Shown piece by piece: positions 17,834 through 27,561 of a DNA stretch of 59,219 nt. The number at the start of each line of letters is the position of its first letter. Positions within the stretch are counted from its first letter, which is position 1. Under the pieces are notes generated by a model. The model had not been told where the DNA came from, ran no database searches, and was given only the letters and a program-made list of their open reading frames with translations. The DNA is from a virus (taxonomy: Duplodnaviria > Caudoviricetes), in the IMG/VR virus record IMGVR_UViG_3300037465_000542, positions 1 through 59,219 of that record; one strand, 5' to 3'. The translations under genes and the position numbers were made by a program.

Positions 17834-20800
17834 ATGCCGCGTCGTTATGGTCCTGAAGTAGCTCCTGGCGTTGTGGTTGAAGAAAGGGCGGGACGTCGCC
17901 AGGCGACGCGCAGCCAGTATGGCGTGACGCTGTCGATGGGAGCAACTGAACGTGGGATGACTGGTGGCAAGCTCCTCTCGATGGGGGGCCAAAAGGACAT
18001 CCAGCGCCAGATTGGCGACGAGATGGCCGAGAGCCACGTTCCTACGGCCATCAGAGACTACTTCGAATCGTCGGGCGGGCGGGGGGAAGTGATTCACCTC
18101 CGCCTGGACGACGGAACGGGAGTCCAGGCGAGCCAAACTTTCTACTCTCGCGACTCCCTCCGCACGGCTCTCCTCAAGGTGATGGCCAGAGGCCCAGGGC
18201 CCGCCTATGGACGCCGTGTGGTTCTGGGCGGGGTCTGGCAGACGACCGCAACGGACCTGACAGAGACGACCCTCAAGGCTCAGGTGACGGCGGAGCCCTT
18301 CCTTACGAAGCTGACTCTCAAGACCGATGAGCTCAAGGGTGCGAAGCTCTATCTCGACGGAGTGACAGACAAAGTGTACGAGGTCGTGTCGAACAACTCC
18401 TCGACGCACCCCACTGCACCCGGCCTCATCACGGTCAAGTCAGACTCGAAGATGTCCACCGATTATGCCGCCACGGGCTCATCGGACAAAGGATTCATCG
18501 TCGCTCTAGAGTCGGACTACGCGAAGGACGTCTTGATCAAATTTGCTGACGGTCAAAGAAGCCCTGGGACCGAGTTCTCGATGTTCATTTACGACGGACA
18601 GTCTCTCGTCCGAGAGTACCTCGACCTCTCGATGGACCCCAATTCTGACGTGTACGTCGTCAAGAAGGTCAACGACGATACGGGCAACGTGTGGGTCACC
18701 GTCGAAGACATCCTCGCGACGAGTGGCAGCCCAAGCTACTCGGCCGCGAATCGCCCCGCGAATGAGACTGGTCGCGCTACGGTCTTCACAAAGACGAAAA
18801 TCACAAAAAAGCTTTTCTTCTCCGTGATCGAGTCTGTCGATGCGTCTGTGCCCAATCCGGTAGTGTCGCTTGGGACGACCAATGATTCGATGAAGTGGAA
18901 GACCAGGATCACCATCACGATGACCTCTGCGACGGCGGGGACGGCCGTTTCTGACCGTTTTGGCACTGTCGGGACCCTGGCCCTAGCCGGGGGCCCCCCG
19001 TTGACGGGGACGATCGTGTCTGCGATCCCCGCCATCCCGAACATCACGATTACGAACGGCTCGGTTGTCCTTGCGGCAGGGGACAAGATCCACATCGACT
19101 TTGCCCCCTGGGTGCCGGACGAGCTCATCGGGCAAGAGTTCGTGGCGGATCAAGATCAGTATCCACTCGTGTCTTGGCGCGTGTATGACAACGATCACAA
19201 TACACTCACGATTCAATCGGGCACGCTCTTTGACGCAGGAAAGTTGGCTTCTGGGTCTCTGTTCACCACGGCATCCTCAGCGGTTGCCTTTGCCTTCCCT
19301 GCTCTCTCCGGTGCCACCCTCGAGGCAGACGACGTGGCGACCGTGCCAACCAAAGAAGAAGGGCAAGTCGTTCAATCGCTTCATACGGGCACCCTCAAGT
19401 CGCTTCCTACAGGGGCGATCACGGGCACCTTCGTGCCTGGGGAGACGGTCACGCAATCTACGTCGGGGGCGACGGGTGTTCTTCTTAGGGCGAATCCGAA
19501 CGGAACGAACTCGTCGCTTTTCGTGAAGGTGACCTCGGGGACGTTTGACGCAACGAATATCATCACGGGTGGCACTTCGGGGGCAACGGCGACTGCGAAT
19601 GCGGCCAACATCCCTCTGGCCGCAGTTGATATCGGCCATGGTGCGGTGGCGGGCACCTTCCAAGCTTTCGAGTTTGTGTCGCAGGCGACATCCCTTGCCA
19701 GGGGCATTCTTCTGTCCGATGCAGACCTGACGATGCGTGTGTTCGTCACGCACGGAACCTTCGATGGCGCAAATGTGATCACGGGTGGCACTTCGGGGGC
19801 AACGGCGACCGCGAACGCGACGCCCGTCACCGTTACCGTCACGCCCTTCCAAGCGACTGCCGCATGGACGAACGCGGCCTATGCGGCGTGGCGGGTCGTC
19901 AAGCAATTCCGTCTTGATCGGGCAACTCCGCTGGAGCTTGGGTACTACAACGTCTCGGGGATCCTCGACTCGCACTATCTCACTTACCTCGATCCCTCGA
20001 CCTCCCCCTTCCGGCGCCTTCGAGGGCAGAACAAAGGGCTCGTCAAACTGATGCTGCCTGGGAAGACTTCTGTTGCTGTCCAAAAGGCGGCTTATGCTTT
20101 TTGCGAAGCGATGGGGGGATGGATATTCGTGCCGGAGTTTCCTGACACCATCACGACAGAAGAGGATGCTGTCGACTGGGCGAACAATACCCTTGGCCGC
20201 AACGACTTCGTCGCTGCTTCTTGGCCTACCTATTGGGAGTGCCAGGATCGAAAGACGGGTCTCCTGAAAACCCGTCCTATTACGGGTCAACTCCTAGGGC
20301 TGGAGGCCGCGTTCGCTACGGCATGGCGAGGGTATCACAAGCCCGCAGCGGGTGAGGATGCCGTCCTTACTCGTCCTGTTCGTCCGTCTTTTGTGCCGAC
20401 GGGGCAGGAATTCGAGATCGATATGGAGGTCTTGCAGCGCGGTGCCGTCAATGGCGTGCGTCCCGCGGGCCCCTCGAGCAGCATCATGATCAAGGATGGC
20501 AACTTGATGCTGTGTCTTGATAGTCAGTGGAGGTGGAAGAGCGTGCGAGAGCAGGCAAGTCACTACCTCTCGTGGTTCATCGAGCACTACAACTGGACCA
20601 TCCATCGACTCAACGAGCCATCTGAGCAAATTGTCATCCGCCGGGCTATTGAAGATGAATTCCGAGGTGAGGTTGGTGACGGCAGGCCCCTTAAGGGAGC
20701 CTCTTTGGAGGATGGGCTCGTATTGAAGATCGATAGCGATAACAATCCCGCTTCTGAAGAAGAAGCGGGCAGGTTGCACGTCGAAGTCGGATTCAATTTC

Positions 20801-20866
20801 AAGAAAACGATCAACCAGCTTGTCTTTGGTGTAGGCCAGGCAGGGATTACGGAGCGGGTGTCGTAA
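17834..20866 (+). CDS. Contractile tail sheath protein with large insertions
   Basis: N-terminal APGVVVEE and GATERG; C-terminal GYHKPAAG, WRWKSVR, HRLNE, IDSDNNP..EAGRLHVEVGF. Confidence 0.93.
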   Translation: MPRRYGPEVAPGVVVEERAGRRQATRSQYGVTLSMGATERGMTGGKLLSMGGQKDIQRQIGDEMAESHVPTAIRDYFESSGGRGEVIHLRLDDGTGVQASQTFYSRDSLRTALLKVMARGPGPAYGRRVVLGGVWQTTATDLTETTLKAQVTAEPFLTKLTLKTDELKGAKLYLDGVTDKVYEVVSNNSSTHPTAPGLITVKSDSKMSTDYAATGSSDKGFIVALESDYAKDVLIKFADGQRSPGTEFSMFIYDGQSLVREYLDLSMDPNSDVYVVKKVNDDTGNVWVTVEDILATSGSPSYSAANRPANETGRATVFTKTKITKKLFFSVIESVDASVPNPVVSLGTTNDSMKWKTRITITMTSATAGTAVSDRFGTVGTLALAGGPPLTGTIVSAIPAIPNITITNGSVVLAAGDKIHIDFAPWVPDELIGQEFVADQDQYPLVSWRVYDNDHNTLTIQSGTLFDAGKLASGSLFTTASSAVAFAFPALSGATLEADDVATVPTKEEGQVVQSLHTGTLKSLPTGAITGTFVPGETVTQSTSGATGVLLRANPNGTNSSLFVKVTSGTFDATNIITGGTSGATATANAANIPLAAVDIGHGAVAGTFQAFEFVSQATSLARGILLSDADLTMRVFVTHGTFDGANVITGGTSGATATANATPVTVTVTPFQATAAWTNAAYAAWRVVKQFRLDRATPLELGYYNVSGILDSHYLTYLDPSTSPFRRLRGQNKGLVKLMLPGKTSVAVQKAAYAFCEAMGGWIFVPEFPDTITTEEDAVDWANNTLGRNDFVAASWPTYWECQDRKTGLLKTRPITGQLLGLEAAFATAWRGYHKPAAGEDAVLTRPVRPSFVPTGQEFEIDMEVLQRGAVNGVRPAGPSSSIMIKDGNLMLCLDSQWRWKSVREQASHYLSWFIEHYNWTIHRLNEPSEQIVIRRAIEDEFRGEVGDGRPLKGASLEDGLVLKIDSDNNPASEEEAGRLHVEVGFNFKKTINQLVFGVGQAGITERVS
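19562..19809 (+). repeat. 32-bp direct repeat marking a tandem 72-aa domain duplication in the sheath
   Basis: ATCACGGGTGGCACTTCGGGGGCAACGGCGAC at 19562 and 19778, 216 nt apart. Confidence 0.9.
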
Positions 20867-20895
20867 GCACCCCCAGAAGGTAAGGAGCAAAGAAG

Positions 20896-21876
20896 ATGGC
20901 GGCAGATCCAATCCTAACCCTTCGTAAGGGTGACTTTGCGGGCCACGCGAATCTTCATGGGCCCTCGACCGAGAAGAACACGCTCGAATCGTACGTCTCG
21001 CGGCTTTCGAGGCGTCTTGATGCCCTGCTTGCTGCATTTCCTGGTGGCCTGAGCGGCTCGACCTCGAGTGCAATCGGAACGATTGTGAACGACGCGGGCG
21101 CGTCTGTGGACGTAGTGGTGCCCGGGGCAGCTCTCGGGGACTTCGTTTTGGCGTCCATTGAGGGCCCGACGTTTGGCTGTACGATCTCGGCCGCTGTGAA
21201 GAGTGCTGACATCGTAACCGTACGGGTCCAAAACGAGACCGGGAGCTCAGCGGCCATCGGAACGGTGACGGTCAACGCATTCGTCATCCCTTTGGGTCGA
21301 GCTTCCTACTATGGCCTTCTTGGGTCTGACACCTGGGATCCAGGCTCCCTTGCCGATGGGGCCGGTGAATCCAAGGACGTCACGGTCGCCGGCGCCGCTC
21401 TTGGCGACTTCGTTCTCGTTTCCCTTGGGGTAGACGCGCAGGGGCTCTTGTTGGGAGCTGCCGTCAAGTCCGCGAACACGGTAACTTGCCGTTTGCAGAA
21501 TGAGACAGGCGGCACAGTCGACCTAGCTCCGAGCCGGGTTCGGGTTCTTGTCGTGCCGGCGAGCGTTTTGGATAGCAACGGCGTCCTTGCAGCTTCCGTC
21601 ACGCATGACTTTGCAAGCTTGGTTGATGCTGCCGGCGAGTCCAGGGACGTTACGGTTGCCGGCGCCGCCCTTGGCGACTTTGCCATTGCATCCCTGAGTG
21701 TTGACGGACAGTCCATGCTGCTCACCGCGGCGGTCGAGACGGATGACACCGTCAGGGTCCGACTGCAGAACGAGACGGGTGGCACCATCAATCTGGCAGA
21801 AGCGAAGCTGCGCGTGGCCGTGTACAAGAAAACTGGGTTCAGCGTGCTCGCCGCACTCGGAATCGTGGTCAAGTAG
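20896..21876 (+). CDS. Virion protein with three tandem ~90-aa beta-domains
   Basis: Three copies of V.V.GAALGDF...S......AAV...D/NTV..R.QNETG....L. Confidence 0.85.
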   Translation: MAADPILTLRKGDFAGHANLHGPSTEKNTLESYVSRLSRRLDALLAAFPGGLSGSTSSAIGTIVNDAGASVDVVVPGAALGDFVLASIEGPTFGCTISAAVKSADIVTVRVQNETGSSAAIGTVTVNAFVIPLGRASYYGLLGSDTWDPGSLADGAGESKDVTVAGAALGDFVLVSLGVDAQGLLLGAAVKSANTVTCRLQNETGGTVDLAPSRVRVLVVPASVLDSNGVLAASVTHDFASLVDAAGESRDVTVAGAALGDFAIASLSVDGQSMLLTAAVETDDTVRVRLQNETGGTINLAEAKLRVAVYKKTGFSVLAALGIVVK

Positions 21877-21889
21877 AGGAGGCCGGTCG

Positions 21890-22366
21890 ATGTCTCTCAA
21901 GGGGACGATTCCTGTCAACCACTTCCCCGAGAATCTCTACAAGATTCTCATCACGGGGGTCCCCGCGTATCCGGGGTTTCTTGTGCCGATCAAGGTCTCG
22001 GATATTGAGGAGGAGCTCGAGGTTGTGATGCTCCCCGATCGGACCTATGAGCCGGGAGGGCAGACAAAGCCAGGGAAGCTCACGATCACAATCCCGTTGC
22101 ATGATAGTATTGCGCAGGGCTATATGGAGACGTGGTATTACCACTCTCAACAACCCGTCAACCCGACCTACAAAAAAGCCATGACGATTATTAACCGCGG
22201 CATCATGGACGGTTCTGGGTTTGGGCTTCTGACGAGCCAGCGAACAATGGGATACACTGGGTGCTTCCCGAATAAGTTCCGCGCCTCGGCCCTCGACATG
22301 GAGGGAGAGGGGAAGATGGTTGTCGTTGATTGGGAAATCTGCTTCGATGATAGAACGCCTCTCTGA
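21890..22366 (+). CDS. Tail tube protein (T4 gp19-like)
   Basis: PGGQTKPGKLTIT...W...YKKAMTI...GCFPNKF...LDMEGEGKMVVVDWEICFD; SD GAGGAGG. Confidence 0.85.
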   Translation: MSLKGTIPVNHFPENLYKILITGVPAYPGFLVPIKVSDIEEELEVVMLPDRTYEPGGQTKPGKLTITIPLHDSIAQGYMETWYYHSQQPVNPTYKKAMTIINRGIMDGSGFGLLTSQRTMGYTGCFPNKFRASALDMEGEGKMVVVDWEICFDDRTPL

Positions 22367-22394
22367 TAGGACAATAATGAGCGTTCTGCTTTCT

Positions 22395-22438
22395 ACGAGA
22401 CCCACAAGCCAATGGCAATTGGGGTCTCGTTTTTGTTT
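22395..22438 (+). terminator. Intrinsic terminator after the tube gene
   Basis: ACGAGACCC/GGGTCTCGT stem with inner CAA/TTG and GCC/GGC pairs, followed by TTTTGTTT. Confidence 0.75.
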
Positions 22439-22483
22439 AAGCTCTTGCCTCACAAGCTCGATGAGCAATTGGAGGAACTGTAG

Positions 22484-23452
22484 ATGGAAGACGTCAAGGT
22501 AACCGAAAGGGTCGAGCCCCCGCGCCCCTCTAGGCCAGAGCGATACGAGATCGGCCAATACCCGGAGCTGTATACCACGACGCTTGGCGAGCTCCGAGAG
22601 ACCTTGCCTCTTGGGATCATTGACGAAAGGACAGGCGTTCGCTATCGAGATTTTGAGTGCAGGGAGCTATTCGCAAGAGATGAGTTTGAAATCTCGGATG
22701 TGGCTGAGGAGAGGAAGCTCGTCAGCCAGCCAGAGGTGGCGACAGAGATACTCTGTCGAGGCCTGAAGCGCATTGGCCCTCACGTCTTAGAGGACATGAA
22801 GGAAGATGCCCGTCGGGCTTTCGTCCTGAATTTGTCTCATGCCGACGCGATCTATGCCTATGTCGTACTTCGGAGACGGAACATCGGCCCGGAACTCATC
22901 TTGCCGATTTCGTGTCCGATGTGTACGAAGAAATACGAGCCCAGGTACAATCTGGACCACCTTGAAGTCTTGACGCTTGAGGGGCGCAGGGATGAAGAGG
23001 GCAGAGAGGTTGAGGGGATCCCCAAACAACTGATCTGGTGTACGCCGCTTAGGGAACCGAAGGCGCTAAAGCGTGGGGACAGGGTCATCCACGCAACGGG
23101 GATCTGGTTCCGGATGGCGCCCTGGCACGTCGTTCAGGGTCTTCCTGGAATCCCAACGATCTCGAAGCGTCGTCGCGAGTTCATCAAGCTCGCCTTCTTT
23201 GATACTGAGCCCTCTTGTTCTCAGATCGGTGAGTCTCCAATACTCACCGACGCCGAGGTGGACAGCCTTGGGCTTCTGGATCTGGGGAATCTTGAGGCGT
23301 CCGTTGACGAAAACACGCCAGGGATCCGCATGTCGGTTGAGTCGACGTGCCCAGATCCACGATGTAAACATTTCTTCCGAGCAAGCATTAATTGGAGTTA
23401 TGACGGTTTTTTTCGGCCCTCTCGCCCGTCGTTACGGAGAAAAAGACGCTGA
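22484..23452 (+). CDS. Tail assembly chaperone with two Cys pairs (T4 gp26-like)
   Basis: Between tube and tape measure; CPMC and CPDPRC; ends just after DGFF, which is encoded by the slippery run. Confidence 0.75.
   Translation: MEDVKVTERVEPPRPSRPERYEIGQYPELYTTTLGELRETLPLGIIDERTGVRYRDFECRELFARDEFEISDVAEERKLVSQPEVATEILCRGLKRIGPHVLEDMKEDARRAFVLNLSHADAIYAYVVLRRRNIGPELILPISCPMCTKKYEPRYNLDHLEVLTLEGRRDEEGREVEGIPKQLIWCTPLREPKALKRGDRVIHATGIWFRMAPWHVVQGLPGIPTISKRRREFIKLAFFDTEPSCSQIGESPILTDAEVDSLGLLDLGNLEASVDENTPGIRMSVESTCPDPRCKHFFRASINWSYDGFFRPSRPSLRRKRR
23407..23413 (+). promoter_or_regulatory. -1 programmed ribosomal frameshift site (T TTT TTT)
   Basis: GGT TTT TTT in the chaperone frame. The -1 frame opens at 23404, right after a TGA, and runs to 23676. 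Confidence 0.8.
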
Positions 23453-23676
23453 TGGCCACGTTTGTTTTTATGGCCAGGCACTCAAAGGGAGGCATAACCT
23501 GGGCGGATGTTGTTGGCAGGCCTATGAGTGCCAAAGAATTTCGGATGGCGGCCACTGAGTTAAATTCCCTCCTTCAGGAGGAGGGGAAGGCAATGGAGAG
23601 GGCAGTAGAGAACGAGAAGGCAAGGGCTGGGAGCTCATCCCTGGGGGGCCAGGGGAGGCTACCCGTCTTTAGATAG
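23413..23676 (+). CDS. C-terminal extension of the chaperone (GT-type frameshift product); ATG also at 23452
   Basis: -1 frame reads SALSPVVTEKKTLMATFVFMARHSKGGITWADV... Confidence 0.75.
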   Translation, partial: SALSPVVTEKKTLMATFVFMARHSKGGITWADVVGRPMSAKEFRMAATELNSLLQEEGKAMERAVENEKARAGSSSLGGQGRLPVFR

Positions 23677-23693
23677 CGCCAGGATCGAGCCTC

Positions 23694-26543
23694 ATGATCG
23701 GTGGTGGCATTAATAATCTGGGTGTTGGTATCGTTCTCCAAGCGATTGGAGCCAACACGACGGCTAGTCAATTGGGGCAAGTTGGCGCCGCCGCCCAGAA
23801 AATGGGGCAATCATTTGCGAGTATAAATTGGTCTGCCATCCGATATGGCTTTGACCAATTGGCTCGTCTTGGCGCTCCTGTTTTCTCGACACTACGAAGG
23901 GGGGCCAGCGCGGCCTTCGAATTCGAGAGAGGCATGGCCAGCATTCAAAGAACCATACAGCCAGATGAGTTTGCTAAGAACGCCTCGAGCATCCGCGCGC
24001 TAGTCAAGGATCTCACGACTAAGTATCCAGGTGAGGGTGGCTTTTTGGCGGCGATAGAGGCCGTCCGGGAACTCATAAAAACGGGGCTTGGCCCCGAGCT
24101 GGCAAATTTCAAGCAGGCAGCCGAGTCGGCTTTTTCGGTGTGGCGCATCGAAGGAGGGAACCCGGCCAAGGTCATGCAGCAACTCTCCCAGATTACGATG
24201 CAATTGCGAGGAAAACTTTCTGACTTGCCAGAAGTAGCTGGGAAGATAGCGCGGATTGCTTTGGATATCCCTGGCGGAGTGAGAGACGTGCTGCAAGGGA
24301 TGACAAATATGGCTGGGCTAGGAGATATGATGAAGGGCGGGGAGTCTGAAATGTCTGCCCTACTTGCGGTCTTGAACAAAGTCGGATTTGGTGCGGGAAG
24401 GGCAGGGACTGTTCTATCCAGAATGCTTCAGAACCTCGCCCAGGGGGCATGGAAGTCGCAAGATCCCTTGAGAGAGCTTGGCATTCTGACAAAGCGCTTC
24501 TTGGAGCCAATGGAGGGGAACAAATTCAAATCAATGCCAGAGTTCATTCTGGAACTTGGTGCGGCTATCGAAAAGCTCCCAAAGAAAGAATGGCAAGCTG
24601 GCTTCTTAGGCCGAGAGTTCGGGGCGACAGGCATCAGAGGATTTATGGCTCTGTATAGAATGTTCAAGGCGAACTATGGAGAATATCTGAAAATACTGAG
24701 CAACGTGGAGACGGCGGGCGCCGACTTTGCTACGCGACAGGCAGCTGCGGGCGGGAATAATGTCTACGGAGCATTTACGAGACTGAAGGATGAAATCTCG
24801 AAGGTGGCGGTGAATGTCGGGGAGTCGTTGCTCGAGATTTTTAATGTACGCCCTGGCATCCAGAGCCTCGCAGAGAGCGTCGGGCGGGTCGCGGACGCCT
24901 ATCATGCCATGTTCGTCAAAGGGATGTCCGCGGCAGAGGCTCAAGAACGCTTCAAGGGTAGCGCCGCCACAGCGACTATGATCAATAACTTCGTCCTGTC
25001 TTTGTCCGGGGCATTCTCTGGGCTGCTCGAGGTAGTCAAGGACGTCGTCGGGATTTTGCCTACCGGGATTGGCACGATCATGGGGAAGGTGGTCGGTTTC
25101 TCCACGGTGATTGTGGGTATTGGACTCAGCTTTGGCATCGTCGGCCTGGCCGCTAAGGCCGTAAAGGCATCTTTCCTTGCCGTGATTGGAATCTTTGGGG
25201 CAGGCAAGTCGCAGGCGGACCAGATGGGGATGGGCTTGGGCCGAATCGTTGTCATCTTGCAGTCACTGGAAAGAACTCTAGTGCATGTGGCTCTGGCCGC
25301 GAAGATGTATACCCATCAGATGTTTAATGCAGGGGCGGCCAACTCCACATTTGGAAATAGCCTGGCCGTGGCGCAACAGAGAATGCAGGCGGAGCTCATG
25401 GCGAGAACGGCCGGCGCTGGAGGGGCGGGGGCGGGGGCAGGCGGCGGCTTTTTCGCTGGGTTTTTGGGAGGTGGCCTTTCGGCTTCTGGGGCCGCATTTG
25501 GAGCGATTCCTAGAATTCTAGGCGCCGGATACCGTGGGTCCATCACTGGACTGCAGACCGTGGGGCTCGTCGCCTCCGCGGCCGGTCGCGGGTTATTGAA
25601 CCTCATCCCCGTGGTCGGAACCGTTGTGTCGTTCGGATGGATTCTTGCTGACGTGTTCAAGGAGCTGTTCGGCGTGACCAAAGAGAGGCTAGCCCAAGAG
25701 AAGAAGATTCGGGATCGGCAGCTAGAGGAGAAGCTTCAGAAGCAGCATGATCTGCTCACGAAATCGTCTGCTGGGTATGCAATGGTGTCGAGTTCCTACT
25801 TTCAGAAGCTGCTTGGCGAGTCAAGGTGGGTGTGGTACGGTCGGGACGAACGTAAAAAAGAAACATTGGCGATGGACTACATGAAAGTCAGAGACGCTCT
25901 CATGCGTTATGACGGGAGGCCAACCTCTACTAGCATGGACATCGCCTCGAAGTTGATCATGGACTCCAGGGCAATTGCGCTCAAGAACATCTTGGAAAAA
26001 AATCCCGCCGCAGCAGCCGCAGCCCGTTCTGTTCCTGAATATGCTGTCATGAATACGTACCCAAATAACAAAGAGGTCTTGCACAATTGGATAAATGCGG
26101 CATTTCACAAAGTGATGAAGGAGGGCCAACTGAAGGAATTTCAAAAGAATATTGAGAGTCCTGCTGTGGAATCTCTCTTTCTATCGAGGGCGTACTCTAT
26201 GTGGGACGCTCTGGGCGGCAGGAAAATGATGGAAGCTAGGGCCGCTGCCGGCGAAGACGTATTCACCTCGGCGACCAAGACCAAAATTATCCAAGAGATG
26301 TTGAACACATTGCCCAAGGCGGCGAAAGACATGGTTGAGTCCTCCGAGCGGGCCATGGACGCCATGCGACGATACTTCGAGCATTTCTACAAAATGAATC
26401 TTCCCGACATTAAAGTGAAGGGTGAGCTCAAGGCGAAGGGCCCCGAGATTCATGGGGCTCTTCAGAGGGCGTATCATCAAGCGAGCGCGAGGGTTCAGCT
26501 CCCGGCCGATGCTGGGCCAACAATGACGGTGAGGTGGGGATAG
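23694..26543 (+). CDS. Tape measure protein
   Basis: 949 aa, Ala/Gly-rich and helical; FEFERGMASI, GFGAGRAGTVLSRML, LRELGI (TP901-type core); hydrophobic central segments. Confidence 0.92.
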   Translation: MIGGGINNLGVGIVLQAIGANTTASQLGQVGAAAQKMGQSFASINWSAIRYGFDQLARLGAPVFSTLRRGASAAFEFERGMASIQRTIQPDEFAKNASSIRALVKDLTTKYPGEGGFLAAIEAVRELIKTGLGPELANFKQAAESAFSVWRIEGGNPAKVMQQLSQITMQLRGKLSDLPEVAGKIARIALDIPGGVRDVLQGMTNMAGLGDMMKGGESEMSALLAVLNKVGFGAGRAGTVLSRMLQNLAQGAWKSQDPLRELGILTKRFLEPMEGNKFKSMPEFILELGAAIEKLPKKEWQAGFLGREFGATGIRGFMALYRMFKANYGEYLKILSNVETAGADFATRQAAAGGNNVYGAFTRLKDEISKVAVNVGESLLEIFNVRPGIQSLAESVGRVADAYHAMFVKGMSAAEAQERFKGSAATATMINNFVLSLSGAFSGLLEVVKDVVGILPTGIGTIMGKVVGFSTVIVGIGLSFGIVGLAAKAVKASFLAVIGIFGAGKSQADQMGMGLGRIVVILQSLERTLVHVALAAKMYTHQMFNAGAANSTFGNSLAVAQQRMQAELMARTAGAGGAGAGAGGGFFAGFLGGGLSASGAAFGAIPRILGAGYRGSITGLQTVGLVASAAGRGLLNLIPVVGTVVSFGWILADVFKELFGVTKERLAQEKKIRDRQLEEKLQKQHDLLTKSSAGYAMVSSSYFQKLLGESRWVWYGRDERKKETLAMDYMKVRDALMRYDGRPTSTSMDIASKLIMDSRAIALKNILEKNPAAAAAARSVPEYAVMNTYPNNKEVLHNWINAAFHKVMKEGQLKEFQKNIESPAVESLFLSRAYSMWDALGGRKMMEARAAAGEDVFTSATKTKIIQEMLNTLPKAAKDMVESSERAMDAMRRYFEHFYKMNLPDIKVKGELKAKGPEIHGALQRAYHQASARVQLPADAGPTMTVRWG

Positions 26544-27554
26544 ATGGCTCTCATTGACTGGGGTGGGCTGGGCATGGACCTGGCCGACCGGGCTGGCGTT
26601 GGAACGATGATCCGTGTCGGTCAGCAGGTTTCTGCGGCCAGCGCGACCGAAGCTCACCTCAGGTGGCTAAAGAGCCAAGAGGAAGCTGGAAGACAAACCC
26701 CTCGGGGGCCCGTCGGGGATCAAACCCTGCTGGAGCGTGTGCCCAAGTCGGCCGTGCGCACCTTTGGCGCCCCCACCTTCATCCCAGAAGATGACGACCT
26801 TGTGGACATCGACGAGATTGAGTTCCCATACTCTGTGGAGCTCTCCGTCCCACGTCAGACTAAATGGGTGACGGCGGGAGGGTATGGGGCGGAAGATCCA
26901 TACACCGCGTACTCAGGAGGCGAGCTCAAGACAGTTTCCTTTCAGACCGAATTGCATACCCCGTCCGTTCATTTCCCAACAGGGAAGAGCTTGAGTTCGT
27001 TTCTGGACAATCTGCGAAAGGTGACCAAGGTTGACGAGAACTTGAGGCGCCCTCCTGTCTTCAGTTGGAGTGTTGGCGATCGGACGCTCGCCGACATGCC
27101 TTTGGTTTTCTTCTCGAGCGTAGAAATCATCGAATCGGAATTTATGTTGGCCTCTGGCGAGGCATTTGGCGACACATTCCTCACCAATCGTCTGCCCACT
27201 CACGCCCGCGTCTCCGTGACCCTGGGGAAATTTTACGTACCGACAATTCAGAACCTGCACCCAAGCCGCATCGAACGAGATACCTACTACGTAACCGCAA
27301 GGCCGGGAGAGGAGTGGGAGCACATTGGGAAGCGGATCTACGGAGACCCAAATCGAGGGGACCAGCTTCGTCGTCTTTTTCCACAGCATCCCTCTCCCAC
27401 GCATGGCCTCGTCTACCCTCTGCCAAGGCCCGAGCAGCTCGGGCGTCTCGAGTTTGGTCCATATTCGATCCCATTGAGAAGGACGAACGACGGCATGGCT
27501 CTCTTGCTTGAGACCGTAGAGCTCATGAACCAAGAGCAGTTTGTTGGGGCATAG
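26544..27554 (+). CDS. Tube initiator with C-terminal LysM/gpX-like domain
   Basis: RRPPVFSWSVG..LPTHARVSVTL; YYVTARPGEEWEHIGKRIYGDPN. Confidence 0.78.
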   Translation: MALIDWGGLGMDLADRAGVGTMIRVGQQVSAASATEAHLRWLKSQEEAGRQTPRGPVGDQTLLERVPKSAVRTFGAPTFIPEDDDLVDIDEIEFPYSVELSVPRQTKWVTAGGYGAEDPYTAYSGGELKTVSFQTELHTPSVHFPTGKSLSSFLDNLRKVTKVDENLRRPPVFSWSVGDRTLADMPLVFFSSVEIIESEFMLASGEAFGDTFLTNRLPTHARVSVTLGKFYVPTIQNLHPSRIERDTYYVTARPGEEWEHIGKRIYGDPNRGDQLRRLFPQHPSPTHGLVYPLPRPEQLGRLEFGPYSIPLRRTNDGMALLLETVELMNQEQFVGA

Positions 27555-27561
27555 ACCCGCC

